From positions 45,157-69,156 of the forward strand of contig DVEP01000035.1 in the NCBI GenBank assembly GCA_015655975.1: DNA of 24,000 bases, written 5' to 3'. Of this stretch, positions 23,536 through 24,000 are shown in pieces (positions within the stretch are counted from its first letter, which is position 1; each line of letters opens with the position of its first letter). The notes under the pieces are model-generated. The model searched no databases. It saw only the letters and a list, made by a program, of their open reading frames with translations, and was not told the origin of the DNA. Source of the DNA: Eubacterium sp. (GTDB taxonomy: Bacteria > Bacillota > Clostridia > Oscillospirales > Acutalibacteraceae). The translations under genes and the position numbers were made by a program.

Positions 23536-24000
23536 ATGGCAAATATCTTTTTACTGGAAGATGACAAAATTTTGAGCAAGGGTATTTCTATCGCCTTAAA
23601 AAAAGACGAGCATACTATTACGGCAGTCTATGACTGTTATGAAGCCTTACAACAATACAAAAAACAAAAATATGATTTGTTCCTGCTGGATATTAACCTG
23701 CCCGACGGCAGTGGTCTTGAGTTTTGCAAGAAAATTCGTCAAATTTCAGAAACACCTGTACTGTTTCTGACCGCCAATGATACTGAGGAAGATATGCTTT
23801 CAGGTTTTTCCGCAGGCTGTGATGACTACATTTCAAAGCCTTTTTCTATCGAAGTTTTACGAAAAAAAGTATTGGCAGTTCTAAAACGAACCGGTGTAGG
23901 AAAATTTCGTATGAAATACAGAGATTTAGAGTTAGATAAAGAAAAGTGTCTTGTTTTGATGAAGGGACAGGAAATACATTTGACCTCAACAGAATACAAA
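23536..24000 (+). CDS. OmpR-family response regulator, N-terminal fragment running off the window
   Basis: The gene is absent from the ORF track because there is no stop within the window. Translation from ATG 23536 gives MANIFLLEDDKIL...DLFLLDINLPDGSG...SKPF, followed by the beginning of a winged-helix domain (YRDLELD...LTSTEYK). Confidence 0.85.
   Translation, partial: MANIFLLEDDKILSKGISIALKKDEHTITAVYDCYEALQQYKKQKYDLFLLDINLPDGSGLEFCKKIRQISETPVLFLTANDTEEDMLSGFSAGCDDYISKPFSIEVLRKKVLAVLKRTGVGKFRMKYRDLELDKEKCLVLMKGQEIHLTSTEYK

Overview
This is a chromosomal segment from a low-GC, spore-forming Firmicute, probably Clostridia-like. Evidence for that: AGGAGG-type Shine-Dalgarno sites, an alpha/beta-type SASP gene, and AT-rich intergenic regions. 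About three quarters of the window is ordinary housekeeping or accessory metabolism. On the left these genes are kdgK' and eda, ilvC, a DUF815-type AAA ATPase, an OmpR-type response regulator / histidine kinase / HtrA protease operon, a maltose-type O-acetyltransferase, a YlmH-like S4 protein, a rhodanese lipoprotein, a GDPD phosphodiesterase, asnB, rfbB and a SASP gene. On the right is an FtsX-type ABC exporter followed by its own OmpR-type regulator.

The notable part is a compact, apparently complete type II-C CRISPR-Cas9 locus at about 14.84-19.87 kb. On the minus strand it carries a predicted tracrRNA with a consensus TTGACA-17-TATAAT promoter and a UUCG-tetraloop terminator, then cas9 (1092 aa), cas1 and cas2. 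The array has four 36-nt repeats plus one decayed repeat. Its repeats read in the crRNA sense on the plus strand, opposite to the cas operon. Each repeat ends in a perfect extended -10 box (TGGTATAAT). This predicts promoter-per-spacer, processing-independent crRNA production, as described for Neisseria and Campylobacter II-C systems.

No csn2 or cas4 is present. An unrecognisable 231-244 aa protein with a Cys/His-rich N-terminus and a basic tail sits directly upstream of the array, co-oriented with crRNA transcription. I saw no other defence system, mobile element, rRNA or tRNA. All calls come from reading the sequence and ORF translations. No database search was run.
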